Part shown: one piece after another, positions 21,972 to 32,924 of the stretch
Numbering within the stretch: position 1 is the first letter of the stretch
Layout of the letters: each line of letters begins with the position of its first letter
Source: Escherichia coli
GTDB taxonomy: Bacteria > Pseudomonadota > Gammaproteobacteria > Enterobacterales > Enterobacteriaceae
Reading direction: 5' to 3' (one strand)
Assembly: GCF_013315695.1 (NCBI RefSeq)
Contig: NZ_CP054353.1
Length of the DNA: 64,000 bases
Notes under the pieces: model-generated
Database searches by the model: none
The model's input: the letters and a program-made list of their open reading frames with translations, nothing else
What the model was told of the DNA's origin: nothing
Made by a program: the position numbers and the translations under genes

Positions 21972-23144
21972 ATGAAACGCGTATTAATTATCGGCGCTGG
22001 CCGCCTTGGTAAAGGTTTTGTTGGAGAAACTTTTGATAACGCAGGCTGGAATATTACTTTCCTTGATAAAGATCCACGAGTTATTGATGAATTAAATCGT
22101 CATAATAAATATACCGTTCAGGTATTCCGCACCGATGATATCATCATGCATGAGGTAACCAATTTTCGTGCCTTTGCTACAGATGATAACTACTCCGTAA
22201 TGAATGACTTCCTGGAATCTTCCGTTATTATGTGTCCGCTATATCCGGAAGATTTTGAAGAGTCTGCGCGTTATCTCGGAAAATGCTTTGAACAGCAGTT
22301 TAAAGTTGACCCTGATAAAAAAATGACGCTCATTTGCCTGACCAATAAAAATCATATTATTAAAGACATCGAAGCCTGGTATCGCAATGCCATTCCTTCA
22401 GCGCAGGCGCGAGACTGGTTTGATTCCCATGTCGCCATTCGTGACTCGATCGTCAGACGTTCAACCGATGCCGAAACGCATTACGCAACGCAGATCGATA
22501 GCACCGCTGTCGCCTCCTTATTGATTCAAACCCCGCTGTACAATGACATTAGCGACGTGGAATGGCTGGAGCCACGCGATCATCTGGAAATGCTTAAAGA
22601 CATTAAAGTCTTTACCATCAATGGCCCACACGCCACCACTGCTTATTACGGACACCTGAAAGGTTATAACACCATTCCGGATGCCTCCGCAGACCCGGAA
22701 GTAGCCGCATTAGCCAATGCGGTACACGACGTCACCATCAAGGCGGTGATGACAGAATATCCGCAAATCACCCGTGAAGCCCTTACGGACCTGGAATATT
22801 TGCCGAAAGCCAAGAACGAGCTCCCCGACTCAATCCATCGCGTCGCCTATGATCCCGTGCGCAAATTAGCCTTTAAAGACCGCTTAATGGGCGTGGTGCA
22901 GCTTTGCCTGAAATACAATCTTGATTATTCACCGCTAACCAAAGCCATCGCCTGTGGCCTCGCTTACTATGCCGAAGACGACCGCGCTTCTGTAAATCTG
23001 CAACAGCAGATGCAGAAAAAGGGCTTGCTGACGACAACCGCGCAAATTATCGGTTTGCCGAAAGATCATCCCGTCACGCTAAATGTTGCACAACAATATT
23101 TAGCGTTGGATGCTGAAAATTTAATTCCAGCCATACCGTGTTAA
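21972..23144 (+). CDS. Mannitol-1-phosphate 5-dehydrogenase-family (polyol-phosphate) dehydrogenase
   Basis: 390 aa; N-terminal Rossmann motif IIGAGRLGKGF and overall MtlD-like layout. Confidence 0.7.
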   Translation: MKRVLIIGAGRLGKGFVGETFDNAGWNITFLDKDPRVIDELNRHNKYTVQVFRTDDIIMHEVTNFRAFATDDNYSVMNDFLESSVIMCPLYPEDFEESARYLGKCFEQQFKVDPDKKMTLICLTNKNHIIKDIEAWYRNAIPSAQARDWFDSHVAIRDSIVRRSTDAETHYATQIDSTAVASLLIQTPLYNDISDVEWLEPRDHLEMLKDIKVFTINGPHATTAYYGHLKGYNTIPDASADPEVAALANAVHDVTIKAVMTEYPQITREALTDLEYLPKAKNELPDSIHRVAYDPVRKLAFKDRLMGVVQLCLKYNLDYSPLTKAIACGLAYYAEDDRASVNLQQQMQKKGLLTTTAQIIGLPKDHPVTLNVAQQYLALDAENLIPAIPC

Positions 23145-23434
23145 TTATGATGTCTGAATCAACATGCTGTGCGAATTTTATTATTAAAAATGAACATGGT
23201 ATTCATGCCCGACCTGGTGCGTACATTGTGAATCTTTTAAAACCGTTTAACTGTGCGGTGAAAATTGCCAACCTGTCACGCAATGATCATTACGTTAATG
23301 CAAAAAGTCTTATGGCATTAATGTCGCTGGGAATAAAAAACGGGCATGAAGTCAGTGTTATTTTTGATGGTAAAGACGCACAAAGCGCATTACAAAAGCT
23401 GAGCGCTGAAATTGAAAACGGCTTAGGTGAATAG
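23138..23434 (+). CDS. HPr-like phosphocarrier protein
   Basis: 98 aa; GIHARPGA active-site His region and AKSLMALMSLG Ser-region, as in PtsH-family proteins. Confidence 0.75.
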   Translation: MLIMMSESTCCANFIIKNEHGIHARPGAYIVNLLKPFNCAVKIANLSRNDHYVNAKSLMALMSLGIKNGHEVSVIFDGKDAQSALQKLSAEIENGLGE

Positions 23435-23483
23435 GCCTTATCTGCTGGCGCTTATTACTTAATAAGCGCTCTAATATTAAGGA

Positions 23484-24584
23484 TTGATGATTATGATTAC
23501 CACAGCAATATTCCCTGGAAGATATATTCAGGGGGCGGGAGCTATTGAGCAATGTTTAGGTGAGGAGTTATCCCGTTTTGGCAACAAGGCAATGATTGTG
23601 GAAGATCCGGTAGTTAATCAAACCATCGGCGGCAAAATTGCCGACGCGCTAAACGAAGATTTTACTTACGAGCTGGAAATTTTTAATCGCGAATGCTGCG
23701 ATGAAGAAATTGAACGAATCTGCAAATGCACGCAGGCCTGTGGCGCGAAGATGATTGTGGGTATCGGCGGCGGCAAAACGCTGGACACCGCCAAGGCCGT
23801 CGGTGCTACTCTTAATTTGCCGATCATCGTCATCCCTACGCTGGCGTCTACCGATGCGCCATGCAGCTCGCTGGTTGTCATTTACACGGCGCAGGGTCAG
23901 TTCAAACGTTATATGATGATCCCCCATAACCCGTCCCTTGTTTTCATCGACTCGCAGGTGGTAGCCAATGCGCCGGTGCGTTTCCTGCTCTCGGGTATCG
24001 GTGATGCCCTGGCAACCTGGTTTGAAGCCGAAGATTGCCGGATCAAAGGCGCAGGAAATATGACCGGGCGTCCGGGGCCGATGTCTGCCTATGCGCTGGC
24101 GAAATTGTGCTTCGACACCATCCTGGAGTACGGCGAACAGGCGGTAACGGCTTGCCGTATGCATCAGGTTACCCCCGCCCTTGAACATGTTATCGAAGCC
24201 AATACGCTACTTTCCGGGCTGGGCTTTGAGAGCGGCGGGCTTGCTGCCGCGCACGCCATTCATAACGGGCTGACGGTTGTGCCTGAAACGAAAGCGTTCT
24301 GGCATGGCGAAAAAGTGGCCTTTGGCACCCTGGCCATGCTGCTAATGACCGACAGAAAACCGGAGCTGATAGCCCAGGTTTATACGTTTTACCGAAGCGT
24401 GGGGCTGCCAGTGACGCTTGCCGAAATTGGCATCACCGATAGTTCACCAGAGCATCTGATGAAAATTGCCCAGGCCGCCTGCCAGCCGGGCGAAACGATG
24501 CATAACGAACCTTTTGAGATCACGCCAGAAAGCGTCGTCGCGGCTTTAATTGCTGCCGACGCATACGGCAAAAAATACCATTAA
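23484..24584 (+). CDS. Glycerol dehydrogenase-family (iron-containing ADH superfamily) polyol dehydrogenase
   Basis: 366 aa; near-collinear with GldA (GIGGGKTLDTAKA, ASTDAPCS, FESGGLAAAHAIHNGLT). Confidence 0.85.
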   Translation: MMIMITTAIFPGRYIQGAGAIEQCLGEELSRFGNKAMIVEDPVVNQTIGGKIADALNEDFTYELEIFNRECCDEEIERICKCTQACGAKMIVGIGGGKTLDTAKAVGATLNLPIIVIPTLASTDAPCSSLVVIYTAQGQFKRYMMIPHNPSLVFIDSQVVANAPVRFLLSGIGDALATWFEAEDCRIKGAGNMTGRPGPMSAYALAKLCFDTILEYGEQAVTACRMHQVTPALEHVIEANTLLSGLGFESGGLAAAHAIHNGLTVVPETKAFWHGEKVAFGTLAMLLMTDRKPELIAQVYTFYRSVGLPVTLAEIGITDSSPEHLMKIAQAACQPGETMHNEPFEITPESVVAALIAADAYGKKYH

Positions 24585-24620
24585 TTATCTCAGATTGTTG
24601 ACAAAGTGCGCTTTGTTCAT

Positions 24621-24722
24621 GCCGGATGCGGCGTGAACGCCTTATCCGGCCTACAAAATCATGCAAATTCAATATATTGCACAAACCACGTAGGCCTGAT
24701 AAGGCGTAGCGCATCAGGCAGT
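24621..24722. repeat. REP/BIME palindromic unit pair
   Basis: gccggatgcggcgtgaacgccttatccggcctac followed by the inverted copy taggcctgataaggcgtagcgcatcaggc; classic enterobacterial REP sequence. Confidence 0.8.
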
Positions 24723-24748
24723 TTTTTCGTTTGTCATCAGTCTCTTTT

Positions 24749-25399
24749 TTATGCGAAAACCCGTTCGAGAATTTGCCAGTGACTGGTCACTTTGCCGTCA
24801 GCAAGCGTAAAGCGCGGGTCGTCCTGCTGGTGCTCTGCCGGTAGCGCAATAACTTGCATACCCGCCGCTTTTGCCGCAACCACGCCATTGAGCGAATCTT
24901 CAATCACCAGGCAAAATTCTGGCTCTTGACCTGTCATCAATGCGGCGGTGAGAAAAATCTCCGGATGCGGTTTGCCTTGCGCCAGCCCTTCGGCAGAAAT
25001 CACGACGGAGAAATAGTGGCGCATATTCAGCGTGCTGAGAACATTATCTATCTGCCGCTGCGGTGAAGATGACGCCACCGCCAGTGGAATATTGTGCTGA
25101 TGCAGGTGATTGAGTAATTCATATACCCCCGGCAATGGCGCAGGTTTTAGCCTGATTCGCCGGGCGACTTCTTCCACTATCGCATCATGCACCTGCCGGA
25201 GATTGTTGTCCGGGAGAGAATGGCGTTGATGCAACTTGCGTAAAAAGATAGTGACTGGCATACCGGTAAAAGGATCGAAATCTTCACGTTGCAGGGATAA
25301 GCCGTAATTGCGAAAGTAGTATTCGCACTCCACTTCTCGCCACACCGGTTCCGAATCAACAAGCACGCCATCCATATCAAAGATAACTGCTGCAAACAT
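24749..25399 (-). CDS. HAD-superfamily sugar phosphatase / phosphomutase-like hydrolase
   Basis: 216 aa; N-terminal FDMDGVLVDSE (DxDGxL) HAD motif I. Confidence 0.8.
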   Translation of the reverse strand: MFAAVIFDMDGVLVDSEPVWREVECEYYFRNYGLSLQREDFDPFTGMPVTIFLRKLHQRHSLPDNNLRQVHDAIVEEVARRIRLKPAPLPGVYELLNHLHQHNIPLAVASSSPQRQIDNVLSTLNMRHYFSVVISAEGLAQGKPHPEIFLTAALMTGQEPEFCLVIEDSLNGVVAAKAAGMQVIALPAEHQQDDPRFTLADGKVTSHWQILERVFA

Positions 25400-25479
25400 A
25401 GTTATTCCTTCAGATAAAAAAGCGCCATATCTGAAAACAGGCTTTCAGATATAGCGGAAATAATTGATGCAAATGGCAT

Positions 25480-26037
25480 TTATTCCAGGTTGGCATGGAA
25501 CTGCCACAGCTCATGCATATTGATTTTTCTCTTACCGATTAATTCCAGGGCAACGATGTCCCCAAGCAGCAATAAAGATTGCTCGAAAAGAGAGGTCATC
25601 GGCTGAATGGAGGGGATTTCAGAAGGTAAGTTGAGTTTGGTTTTTACACCGATGCGTACAAAAAGGTCGCTATACGCTTTCATACTGCTTTCGGGGTTTG
25701 CACCAATATGCACAACGCTTGCATGAAAGCTTTTCGCTTTTCTGGCAATGCCGAGGGGAAACATGCTCTCACCGCTTCCGGAACCCACGATAAGCAGATC
25801 GCGCTCGGTAATGGCAGGCTCCGTAATTTGCCCGACAACGTAGGTTTTAATGCCCATATGCGCCAGCCGTTTTGCCATTGCCTGCAATGACAACAGCACC
25901 CGGCCAACGCCGACAAAAAAGACGTTCTCTGCCGCTTCGACCATTTCAATTAAGCGTTCAACCTCATCGGCGCTGATATTACCCAGCGTGGCGCGTAGTT
26001 CAGCCAACACCTTTTCCTGATTAGTCTGGTAACTCAT
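25480..26037 (-). CDS. SIS-domain sugar-phosphate isomerase (6-phospho-3-hexuloisomerase-like)
   Basis: 185 aa single SIS domain (VGVGRVLLSLQA…GSGSGES) of the HxlB/PHI type; overlaps the downstream gene by 4 bp. Confidence 0.7.
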   Translation of the reverse strand: MSYQTNQEKVLAELRATLGNISADEVERLIEMVEAAENVFFVGVGRVLLSLQAMAKRLAHMGIKTYVVGQITEPAITERDLLIVGSGSGESMFPLGIARKAKSFHASVVHIGANPESSMKAYSDLFVRIGVKTKLNLPSEIPSIQPMTSLFEQSLLLLGDIVALELIGKRKINMHELWQFHANLE

Positions 26038-26744
26038 TGCTGGCCTCCTGACTGTGCCAGACCTTCACTCACATGGCGATCCAACTGCGTTTTATTGTCA
26101 GCAAGCGTCGCGCCTTTAATAAACAGCCCGGTGCTGCCAAGTACCAGATTATTCGCGCCCGCGGCGATAAGCCCTGGGATCGAGGCAAAAGAAACCCGAC
26201 CATCGACCTGGATGGCGACGCTCGCATCTAACCCGCAAATTTTCTCTCGCAGGTTACGCACTTTTTCCATGGCATAAGGCACCTGTGTCTCATTTTTATC
26301 CCCCGCAAAGCCCGGATTAATCAACATCAACAAAACGTAATCCAGCGAAGGCAGAAGGTAATCCAGCGACGTTAAACTGGTGGCAGGATTTAACGCCACG
26401 CCAGCTTCAACATTGTGTTTTTTAATGAGATTGACCAGTCTGTCAGGGTGTAACGACGTCTCATAGTGAAAGGAAACTCGCTGCACGCCAATCTCGAGAA
26501 CCTGCTGGATAAACCACTCGTTATTCATCGACATAATGTGGATATCAAAAGGCAGGTTTGTCGCTTTACGTAACTGCTTAATCGTCTCCAGCCCCAGCGG
26601 CATACTGGGGCTGAAAGCGCTATCAATGAGATCAATATGCAGGGCATCGACGCCAATCTCCTCCAGCGCTTTTACCGCATCGCTCAAATTGAGCAAATCC
26701 GCGCACATCAGCGACGGAGATAAAACAATTTTCGGGGCAGCCAT
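26034..26744 (-). CDS. Ribulose-phosphate / allulose-6-phosphate 3-epimerase family protein
   Basis: Collinear with Rpe (SLMCADLLNL, NPATSLTSLDYLLPSLDYVLLMLINPGFAG, VDGRV); start placed at MAAPKIV, the computed ORF extends to 26819. Confidence 0.7.
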   Translation of the reverse strand: MAAPKIVLSPSLMCADLLNLSDAVKALEEIGVDALHIDLIDSAFSPSMPLGLETIKQLRKATNLPFDIHIMSMNNEWFIQQVLEIGVQRVSFHYETSLHPDRLVNLIKKHNVEAGVALNPATSLTSLDYLLPSLDYVLLMLINPGFAGDKNETQVPYAMEKVRNLREKICGLDASVAIQVDGRVSFASIPGLIAAGANNLVLGSTGLFIKGATLADNKTQLDRHVSEGLAQSGGQQ

Positions 26745-27006
26745 TTCAAATTCCTTCTTTTGCATGTTTTTGCGTATTTGAGATAATATGCGCATAAAAA
26801 CGCATAAACCATGCAGCAAAAGATGATCTGTGACGACGATCGAGATTTATCTCTTTAACCGTTTATTTTCAATAAATTAATCAACACAAAGAAATTACAA
26901 AACCATACACAGACTGCACGATTTTGCGTGTTTTAGTTATATAACAGCAGAGGAGGAGAAGGTTGAGGAGATCCGGGCAGCAACGCAGCCCGGCAATAAC
27001 GGGCGG

Positions 27007-27765
27007 TTAATCGACTGACGGCGTTCCGGCGTAGATATCAAAGCGATGCCCTTTAGTGACTACCGCGTTTGGCGTGGCGACATTCGCCAGCGGTGGCGCG
27101 TAGTCCGGGCGCTTTACCACCACGCGTTTGGTCGCCAACAAGCGTGCAGGCTCCAGCAATCCATCGGCATCAAGATCCGGCCCCACCAGCGACTGAAAGA
27201 CGCGCATCTCTTTTTTCACCAGCGCGCTTTTCTGCTTATGCGGGAACATCGGGTCGAGATAAACCACCTGCGGGCGCGGGGTAATATCGGTCAGCGCCGT
27301 CAGGCTGGAGGCGTGAATTAACTGCAAACGCTCCTGCAACCAGCCGCCGATTTCCGCATCCGCATAACCACGCGCCAGGCCGTCGTCGAGCAATGCAGCA
27401 ACGACTGGATTACGCTCCAGCATCCGCACGCGGCAGCCGACTGAAGCCAGCACAAAGGCATCGCGCCCAAGTCCTGCAGTGGCATCCACCACATCCGGCA
27501 AATAATCGCCTTTAATGCCCACCGCTTTCGCCACTGCCTCCCCACGTCCGCCGCCGAATTTGCGTCGGTGCGCCATCGCTCCGCCAACAAAATCAACAAA
27601 GATGCCGCCAAGTTTTGGCTCATCACGCTTGCGCAATTCCAGATGTTCCGGCGTTAACACCAGCGCCATCAGGTTGTCTTCATCGTGCTCCAGCCCCCAG
27701 CGGGCCGCCAGAACAGATAAGGCACCGTCTCCGGTGCCTGTTTCATCAATTAAGCAGATTTTCAC
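27007..27765 (-). CDS. rsmJ: 16S rRNA m2G1516 methyltransferase RsmJ
   Basis: SAM-dependent MTase matching RsmJ (YhiQ); probable GTG start ([10 protein letters not shown]) immediately downstream of the prlC stop; the computed ORF start at 27870 would overlap prlC. Confidence 0.85.
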   Translation of the reverse strand: MKICLIDETGTGDGALSVLAARWGLEHDEDNLMALVLTPEHLELRKRDEPKLGGIFVDFVGGAMAHRRKFGGGRGEAVAKAVGIKGDYLPDVVDATAGLGRDAFVLASVGCRVRMLERNPVVAALLDDGLARGYADAEIGGWLQERLQLIHASSLTALTDITPRPQVVYLDPMFPHKQKSALVKKEMRVFQSLVGPDLDADGLLEPARLLATKRVVVKRPDYAPPLANVATPNAVVTKGHRFDIYAGTPSVD

Positions 27766-27772
27766 TGAATGA

Positions 27773-29815
27773 TCAGCCCTTAATGCCGTAATGCTCCAGC
27801 ATCGCATCCAGTTGCGGTTCACGACCACGGAAGCGTTTGAACAGATCCATCGGCTCTTCTGAACCGCCACGGCTCAGAATGTTGTCGAGGAACGACTGCC
27901 CGGTTTCACGGTTGAAAATGCCCTCTTCCTCAAAGCGCGAGAAGGCATCTGCCGCCAGCACGTCGGCCCACAGGTAGCTGTAGTAACCTGCGGCATAACC
28001 ACCGGCGAAAATATGGCTGAAAGCGTGCGGGAAACGGCCCCAGGATGGAGACGGTACTACGGCAACCAGTTTCTTGATTTCTGCCAGAGTTTCGAGGATT
28101 TTCGCTCCCTGATCCGGGCGGAACTCGGCATGGAGGCGGAAATCGAACAGACCGAACTCCAGCTGGCGCAGAATAAACAGCGCCGCCTGGTAGTTCTTCG
28201 CCGCCAGCATTTTATCCAGCAACTCTTTCGGCAGCGGTTCGCCGGTTTCATAGTGACCGGAGATAAACGCCAGCGCCTCCGGCTCCCAGCACCAGTTTTC
28301 CATAAACTGGCTCGGCAGTTCGACCGCATCCCACGGCACCCCACTGATCCCGGATACACCGGCGGTTTCGATGCGGGTCAGCATATGATGCAGGCCGTGA
28401 CCGAACTCATGGAACAGAGTGATCACTTCGTCGTGAGTGAACAGCGCCGGTTTACCATTTACCGGGCGGTTAAAGTTACAGGTCAGATACGCGACCGGTT
28501 TTTGCAGAGAACCGTCAGCTTTGCGCATCTGGCCTACGCAGTCATCCATCCACGCCCCGCCGCGTTTGTTTTCACGGGCATACAGGTCGAGGTAGAAGCT
28601 ACCGCGCAGTTCGTTGTTCTCGTCATATAGTTCGAAGAAACGTACATCCGGATGCCAGACATCAACATCTTTACGCTCTTTAGCGGTGATGCCGTAAATA
28701 CGTTTCACCACTTCAAACAGGCCGTTAACCGCTTTGTTTTCCGGGAAGTACGGACGCAGCTGTTCGTCACTGATGCTGTAGAGATGCTGTTTTTGTTTTT
28801 CGCTGTAGTAAGCGATATCCCACGGCTGCAACTCATCGACGCCAAATTCGGCTTTGGCGAAGGCACGCAGTTGCGCCAGCTCTTTTTCGCCTTGTGGACG
28901 CGCGCGTTTTGCCAGATCGGTTAAGAAATCCAGCACCTGCTGCGGGTTTTCTGCCATTTTAGTAGCAAGGGATTTAAAGGCATAGTTTTCAAAGCCCAGC
29001 AGTTGCGCCAGTTCGTGACGCAGCGCGAGGATCTCTTCCATCACCTTGCTGTTGTCCCACTTACCGGCGTTCGGGCCTTGATCGGAAGCGCGGGTGCTGT
29101 AAGCGCGATACATCTCTTCACGCAGAGCCTGGTTGTCGCAGTAGGTCATTACCGGCAGGTAGCTTGGGATATCCAGCGTCAGCAGGTAGCCTTCAAGTTC
29201 TTTCGCTTCAGCCTGGGCTTTTGCCGCAGCCAGCGCGCTTTCTGGCATCCCCGCCAGTTCCGCTTCGTCGGTAACGAGTTTGGTCCAGCCCATCGTCGCA
29301 TCGAGGACGTTGTTGCTGTACTGGTTGCCCAGTTCAGAAAGACGGGTAGCAATTTCGCCGTAACGCTGCTGTTTCTCTTTCGGCAGACCGATGCCAGAGA
29401 GTTCGAAGTCGCGCAGTGCGTTATCAACCGCTTTTTTCTGCGCCGTGTTCAGCGTGGCGTAATGATCGCCATCGCGCAGGTCGCGATACGCTTTATACAG
29501 TCCTTCATGTTGCCCAACCCAGGTGCTGTATTCCGACAGCAGCGGCAGGGTTTGTTCGTACGCTTCACGCAGTTCCGGGCTATTTTTCACCGAGTTCAGG
29601 TGGCTGATCGGGGAGAAGATACGCCCCAGCACATCGTCCACTTCCGCCAACGGCTGGCAGAGATTTTCCCAGGTGTACGGTGCCCCTTGCGCTACTACGC
29701 GCTCCACGTTTTCGCGGCAGTCGTTCAATGCCTTAGTCACGGCTGGAACGACATGTTCCGGGAGAATTTTAGAAAACGGAGGCAATTCAAAGGGAGTCAG
29801 TAACGGATTCGTCAT
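27773..29815 (-). CDS. prlC: Oligopeptidase A (M3 family Zn metallopeptidase)
   Basis: 680 aa from [19 protein letters not shown] zinc-binding motif present. Confidence 0.95.
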   Translation of the reverse strand: MTNPLLTPFELPPFSKILPEHVVPAVTKALNDCRENVERVVAQGAPYTWENLCQPLAEVDDVLGRIFSPISHLNSVKNSPELREAYEQTLPLLSEYSTWVGQHEGLYKAYRDLRDGDHYATLNTAQKKAVDNALRDFELSGIGLPKEKQQRYGEIATRLSELGNQYSNNVLDATMGWTKLVTDEAELAGMPESALAAAKAQAEAKELEGYLLTLDIPSYLPVMTYCDNQALREEMYRAYSTRASDQGPNAGKWDNSKVMEEILALRHELAQLLGFENYAFKSLATKMAENPQQVLDFLTDLAKRARPQGEKELAQLRAFAKAEFGVDELQPWDIAYYSEKQKQHLYSISDEQLRPYFPENKAVNGLFEVVKRIYGITAKERKDVDVWHPDVRFFELYDENNELRGSFYLDLYARENKRGGAWMDDCVGQMRKADGSLQKPVAYLTCNFNRPVNGKPALFTHDEVITLFHEFGHGLHHMLTRIETAGVSGISGVPWDAVELPSQFMENWCWEPEALAFISGHYETGEPLPKELLDKMLAAKNYQAALFILRQLEFGLFDFRLHAEFRPDQGAKILETLAEIKKLVAVVPSPSWGRFPHAFSHIFAGGYAAGYYSYLWADVLAADAFSRFEEEGIFNRETGQSFLDNILSRGGSEEPMDLFKRFRGREPQLDAMLEHYGIKG

Positions 29816-30017
29816 TAGCGCAGTCCTGGTTAAAGAGGTTAAGGAAGCGCTCAACAGGCGCTTTACATAATGTGTGTAGCATGGGGTTAAGTGTAGTGAA
29901 TTTCAATGAGAAACGTTACGCTTTCGCGGCGGCGGCCTCTTTTCGGTATACTGTCCTGATAGGCTTTTGTGCGCCCCGAATACGGGCCGATTTTTACTTA
30001 CCGGAACACCTTTACCC

Positions 30018-30860
30018 ATGCTCAGTTATCGCCACAGCTTTCACGCTGGCAACCACGCCGACGTCCTTAAACATACCGTTCAGAGCCTGATCATCGAGTC
30101 GCTGAAAGAGAAAGATAAACCGTTTCTCTATCTCGATACCCACGCAGGGGCCGGGCGTTATCAGTTAGGCAGCGAACATGCCGAGCGTACCGGCGAATAT
30201 CTCGAAGGTATCGCCCGTATCTGGCAGCAGGACGATTTGCCTGCGGAGCTGGAGGCGTACATCAATGTGGTAAAACACTTCAACCGTAGCGGTCAGTTGC
30301 GTTATTACCCCGGTTCGCCGTTGATTGCTCGCCAGCTACTGCGTGAACAGGACAGCCTGCAACTGACCGAACTGCACCCGAGCGATTACCCGTTGCTACG
30401 TTCTGAATTTCAGAAAGACAGCCGTGCGCGCGTCGAAAAATCCGACGGTTTCCAGCAGATTAAGGCCAAACTGCCGCCGGTTTCCCGCCGTGGTTTAATC
30501 CTTATCGACCCGCCGTATGAAATGAAAACCGACTATCAGGCGGTGGTCAGCGGGATAGCAGAAGGCTATAAACGTTTCGCCACTGGCACTTACGCACTGT
30601 GGTATCCGGTGGTGTTGCGCCAGCAAATTAAGCGCATGATCCACGACCTGGAAGCGACCGGCATTCGCAAAATTCTGCAAATTGAACTGGCGGTGCTGCC
30701 AGACAGCGATCGCCGTGGCATGACCGCTTCCGGCATGATTGTGATTAACCCGCCGTGGAAGCTGGAACAGCAGATGAATAACGTGCTGCCGTGGCTGCAC
30801 AGCAAACTGGTTCCAGCAGGCACCGGGCACGCCACCGTAAGCTGGATCGTGCCAGAGTAA
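30018..30860 (+). CDS. rlmJ: 23S rRNA m6A2030 methyltransferase RlmJ
   Basis: 280 aa from MLSYRHSFHAGNHADV; matches RlmJ (YhiR); the ORF from 29967 is an extension. Confidence 0.85.
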   Translation: MLSYRHSFHAGNHADVLKHTVQSLIIESLKEKDKPFLYLDTHAGAGRYQLGSEHAERTGEYLEGIARIWQQDDLPAELEAYINVVKHFNRSGQLRYYPGSPLIARQLLREQDSLQLTELHPSDYPLLRSEFQKDSRARVEKSDGFQQIKAKLPPVSRRGLILIDPPYEMKTDYQAVVSGIAEGYKRFATGTYALWYPVVLRQQIKRMIHDLEATGIRKILQIELAVLPDSDRRGMTASGMIVINPPWKLEQQMNNVLPWLHSKLVPAGTGHATVSWIVPE

Positions 30861-30931
30861 TTGCAGCCATTGCTGGCACCTATTACGTCTCGCGCTACAA
30901 TCGCGGTAATCAACGATAAGGACAATATGTC

Positions 30932-32284
30932 ATGACTAAACACTATGATTACATCGCCATCGGCGGCGGCAGCGGCGGTATCGCCTCCATCAACCGCGCG
31001 GCTATGTACGGCCAGAAATGCGCACTGATTGAAGCCAAAGAGCTGGGCGGCACCTGCGTAAATGTTGGCTGTGTGCCGAAAAAAGTGATGTGGCACGCGG
31101 CGCAAATCCGTGAAGCGATCCACATGTACGGCCCGGATTATGGTTTCGATACCACCATCAATAAGTTCAACTGGGAAACGTTGATCGCCAGCCGTACCGC
31201 CTATATCGACCGTATTCATACTTCCTATGAGAACGTGCTCGGTAAAAATAACGTTGATGTAATCAAAGGCTTTGCCCGCTTCGTTGATGCCAAAACCATT
31301 GAAGTCAACGGCGAAACCATCACGGCCGATCATATTCTGATCGCCACCGGTGGTCGTCCGAGCCACCCGGATATTCCAGGCGTGGAATACGGTATTGATT
31401 CCGATGGCTTCTTCGCCCTTCCTGCTTTGCCAGAGCGCGTGGCGGTTGTTGGCGCGGGTTACATCGCCGTTGAGCTGGCGGGCGTGATTAACGGCCTCGG
31501 CGCGAAAACGCATCTGTTTGTGCGTAAACATGCGCCGCTGCGCAGCTTTGACCCGATGATCTCTGAAACGCTGGTCGAAGTGATGAACGCCGAAGGCCCG
31601 CAGTTGCACACCAACGCCATCCCGAAAGCAGTAGTGAAAAATGCTGATGGTAGCCTGACGCTGGAGCTGGAAGATGGCCGCAGTGAAACGGTGGATTGCC
31701 TGATTTGGGCGATTGGTCGCGAGCCTGCCAATGACAACATCAACCTGGAAGCCGCTGGTGTAAAAACCAACGAAAAAGGCTATATCGTCGTCGATAAATA
31801 TCAAAATACCAACGTTGAAGGTATTTACGCGGTGGGCGATAACACGGGTGCAGTGGAACTGACACCGGTGGCAGTTGCTGCGGGTCGCCGTCTCTCTGAA
31901 CGCCTGTTTAATAACAAGCCGGATGAGCATCTGGATTACAGCAACATTCCGACCGTGGTCTTCAGCCATCCGCCGATTGGGACTGTTGGTTTAACGGAAC
32001 CGCAGGCACGCGAGCAGTACGGCGACGATCAGGTGAAAGTGTATAAATCCTCTTTCACCGCGATGTATACCGCCGTCACCACTCACCGCCAGCCGTGCCG
32101 CATGAAACTGGTATGCGTTGGACCGGAAGAGAAGATTGTCGGAATTCACGGCATTGGTTTTGGTATGGACGAAATGTTGCAGGGCTTCGCGGTGGCACTG
32201 AAGATGGGCGCAACCAAAAAAGACTTCGATAATACCGTCGCCATTCACCCGACGGCGGCAGAAGAGTTCGTGACCATGCGTTAA
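30932..32284 (+). CDS. gor: Glutathione reductase
   Basis: 450 aa; FAD-binding GGGSGG motif, redox-active [13 protein letters not shown] disulfide motif, C-terminal dimerisation domain. Confidence 0.97.
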   Translation: MTKHYDYIAIGGGSGGIASINRAAMYGQKCALIEAKELGGTCVNVGCVPKKVMWHAAQIREAIHMYGPDYGFDTTINKFNWETLIASRTAYIDRIHTSYENVLGKNNVDVIKGFARFVDAKTIEVNGETITADHILIATGGRPSHPDIPGVEYGIDSDGFFALPALPERVAVVGAGYIAVELAGVINGLGAKTHLFVRKHAPLRSFDPMISETLVEVMNAEGPQLHTNAIPKAVVKNADGSLTLELEDGRSETVDCLIWAIGREPANDNINLEAAGVKTNEKGYIVVDKYQNTNVEGIYAVGDNTGAVELTPVAVAAGRRLSERLFNNKPDEHLDYSNIPTVVFSHPPIGTVGLTEPQAREQYGDDQVKVYKSSFTAMYTAVTTHRQPCRMKLVCVGPEEKIVGIHGIGFGMDEMLQGFAVALKMGATKKDFDNTVAIHPTAAEEFVTMR

Positions 32285-32290
32285 ATGTTA

Positions 32291-32321
32291 AAGGGCTAAG
32301 AGTAGTGTGCTCTTAGCCCTT
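32291..32321. terminator. Inverted repeat / probable terminator between gor and dinQ
   Basis: aagggctaagag-N7-ctcttagccctt perfect 12-bp stem directly after the gor stop. Confidence 0.45.
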
Positions 32322-32334
32322 AGCTACGTTTCCG

Positions 32335-32421
32335 CTACCAGTTCAGAAGCTGAAGCAGAAAGCGGATCAGTTCCAGCAGCGCAATTAACGCCCCAAGAAC
32401 GATGATTGCTTTATCAATCAC
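32335..32421 (-). CDS. dinQ: DinQ-like small membrane toxin (type I toxin), about 28 codons
   Basis: Minus-strand small ORF translating to (M/V)IDKAIIVLGALIALLELIRFLLQLLNW from a GTG start; hydrophobic single-helix peptide; position downstream of gor matches dinQ. Confidence 0.6.
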   Translation of the reverse strand: MIDKAIIVLGALIALLELIRFLLQLLNW

Positions 32422-32614
32422 CCGTGTTCTCCATACGATGGAGTGAGAATGCATCCGCTTACTCATCCATTGCCTGTCACGGCGCATGCCCTATTGTTAG
32501 ATAATGGCATTCTCACTCCGGCCAGAGCATCAGTTAACGGCACCACCCGTACCACTGATCAGGACTTTGAAAGCGTTTATGCGCATTGCCAGAGTGAAAA
32601 TGCCTCAGAGCTAA

Positions 32615-32630
32615 CTGGATAATCATACAG
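32615..32630. promoter_or_regulatory. Candidate LexA box in the dinQ promoter region
   Basis: CTGGATAATCATACAG, close to the CTGT-N8-ACAG SOS box consensus, about 200 bp upstream of the dinQ ORF. Confidence 0.4.
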
Positions 32631-32694
32631 TATATTCAGGTTATAAAACCAGCATGTCCTTGCAATAGTTTCAGTATGGTATTAGCATTGATGC

Positions 32695-32777
32695 GTTAGA
32701 TGATGGCATTCTCACTCCAGCCAGAGCCACCAACTCAGGGCTGGAAAGTAAAAAACCGACGCAAAGTCGGTTTTTTT
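32695..32777 (+). ncRNA. agrB: AgrA/AgrB-family antisense sRNA (antitoxin RNA to dinQ), copy 1
   Basis: Repeat unit (gatggcattctcactccagccagagccaccaactcagg) also present in the dinQ 5' region, ending in a ccgacgcaaagtcgg hairpin plus T7 terminator on the + strand. Which copy is agrA and which agrB is uncertain. Confidence 0.55.
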
Positions 32778-32924
32778 ACATCCGGATTCGGACAAGGCTT
32801 GGTACGGCAGCGACCCGATGAAAGTATATCAATCCTCTTTCACCACCATGTATAGCAAACTGTCCCTCCGCCAGCTGAAGAAATCGCTAATTCTTGCAAT
32901 GTTAGTCACTGGCTAATAGTATTG

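Noticed and set aside
28013..29803. 205-aa and 266-aa + strand ORFs overlapping prlC
   Set aside because: Antisense to oligopeptidase A; no start context or domain signature.
30590..31969. 459-aa ORF on the minus strand fully inside gor
   Set aside because: Antisense to a well-supported glutathione reductase gene; no recognisable motifs; long antisense open frames are common in GC-rich coding DNA.
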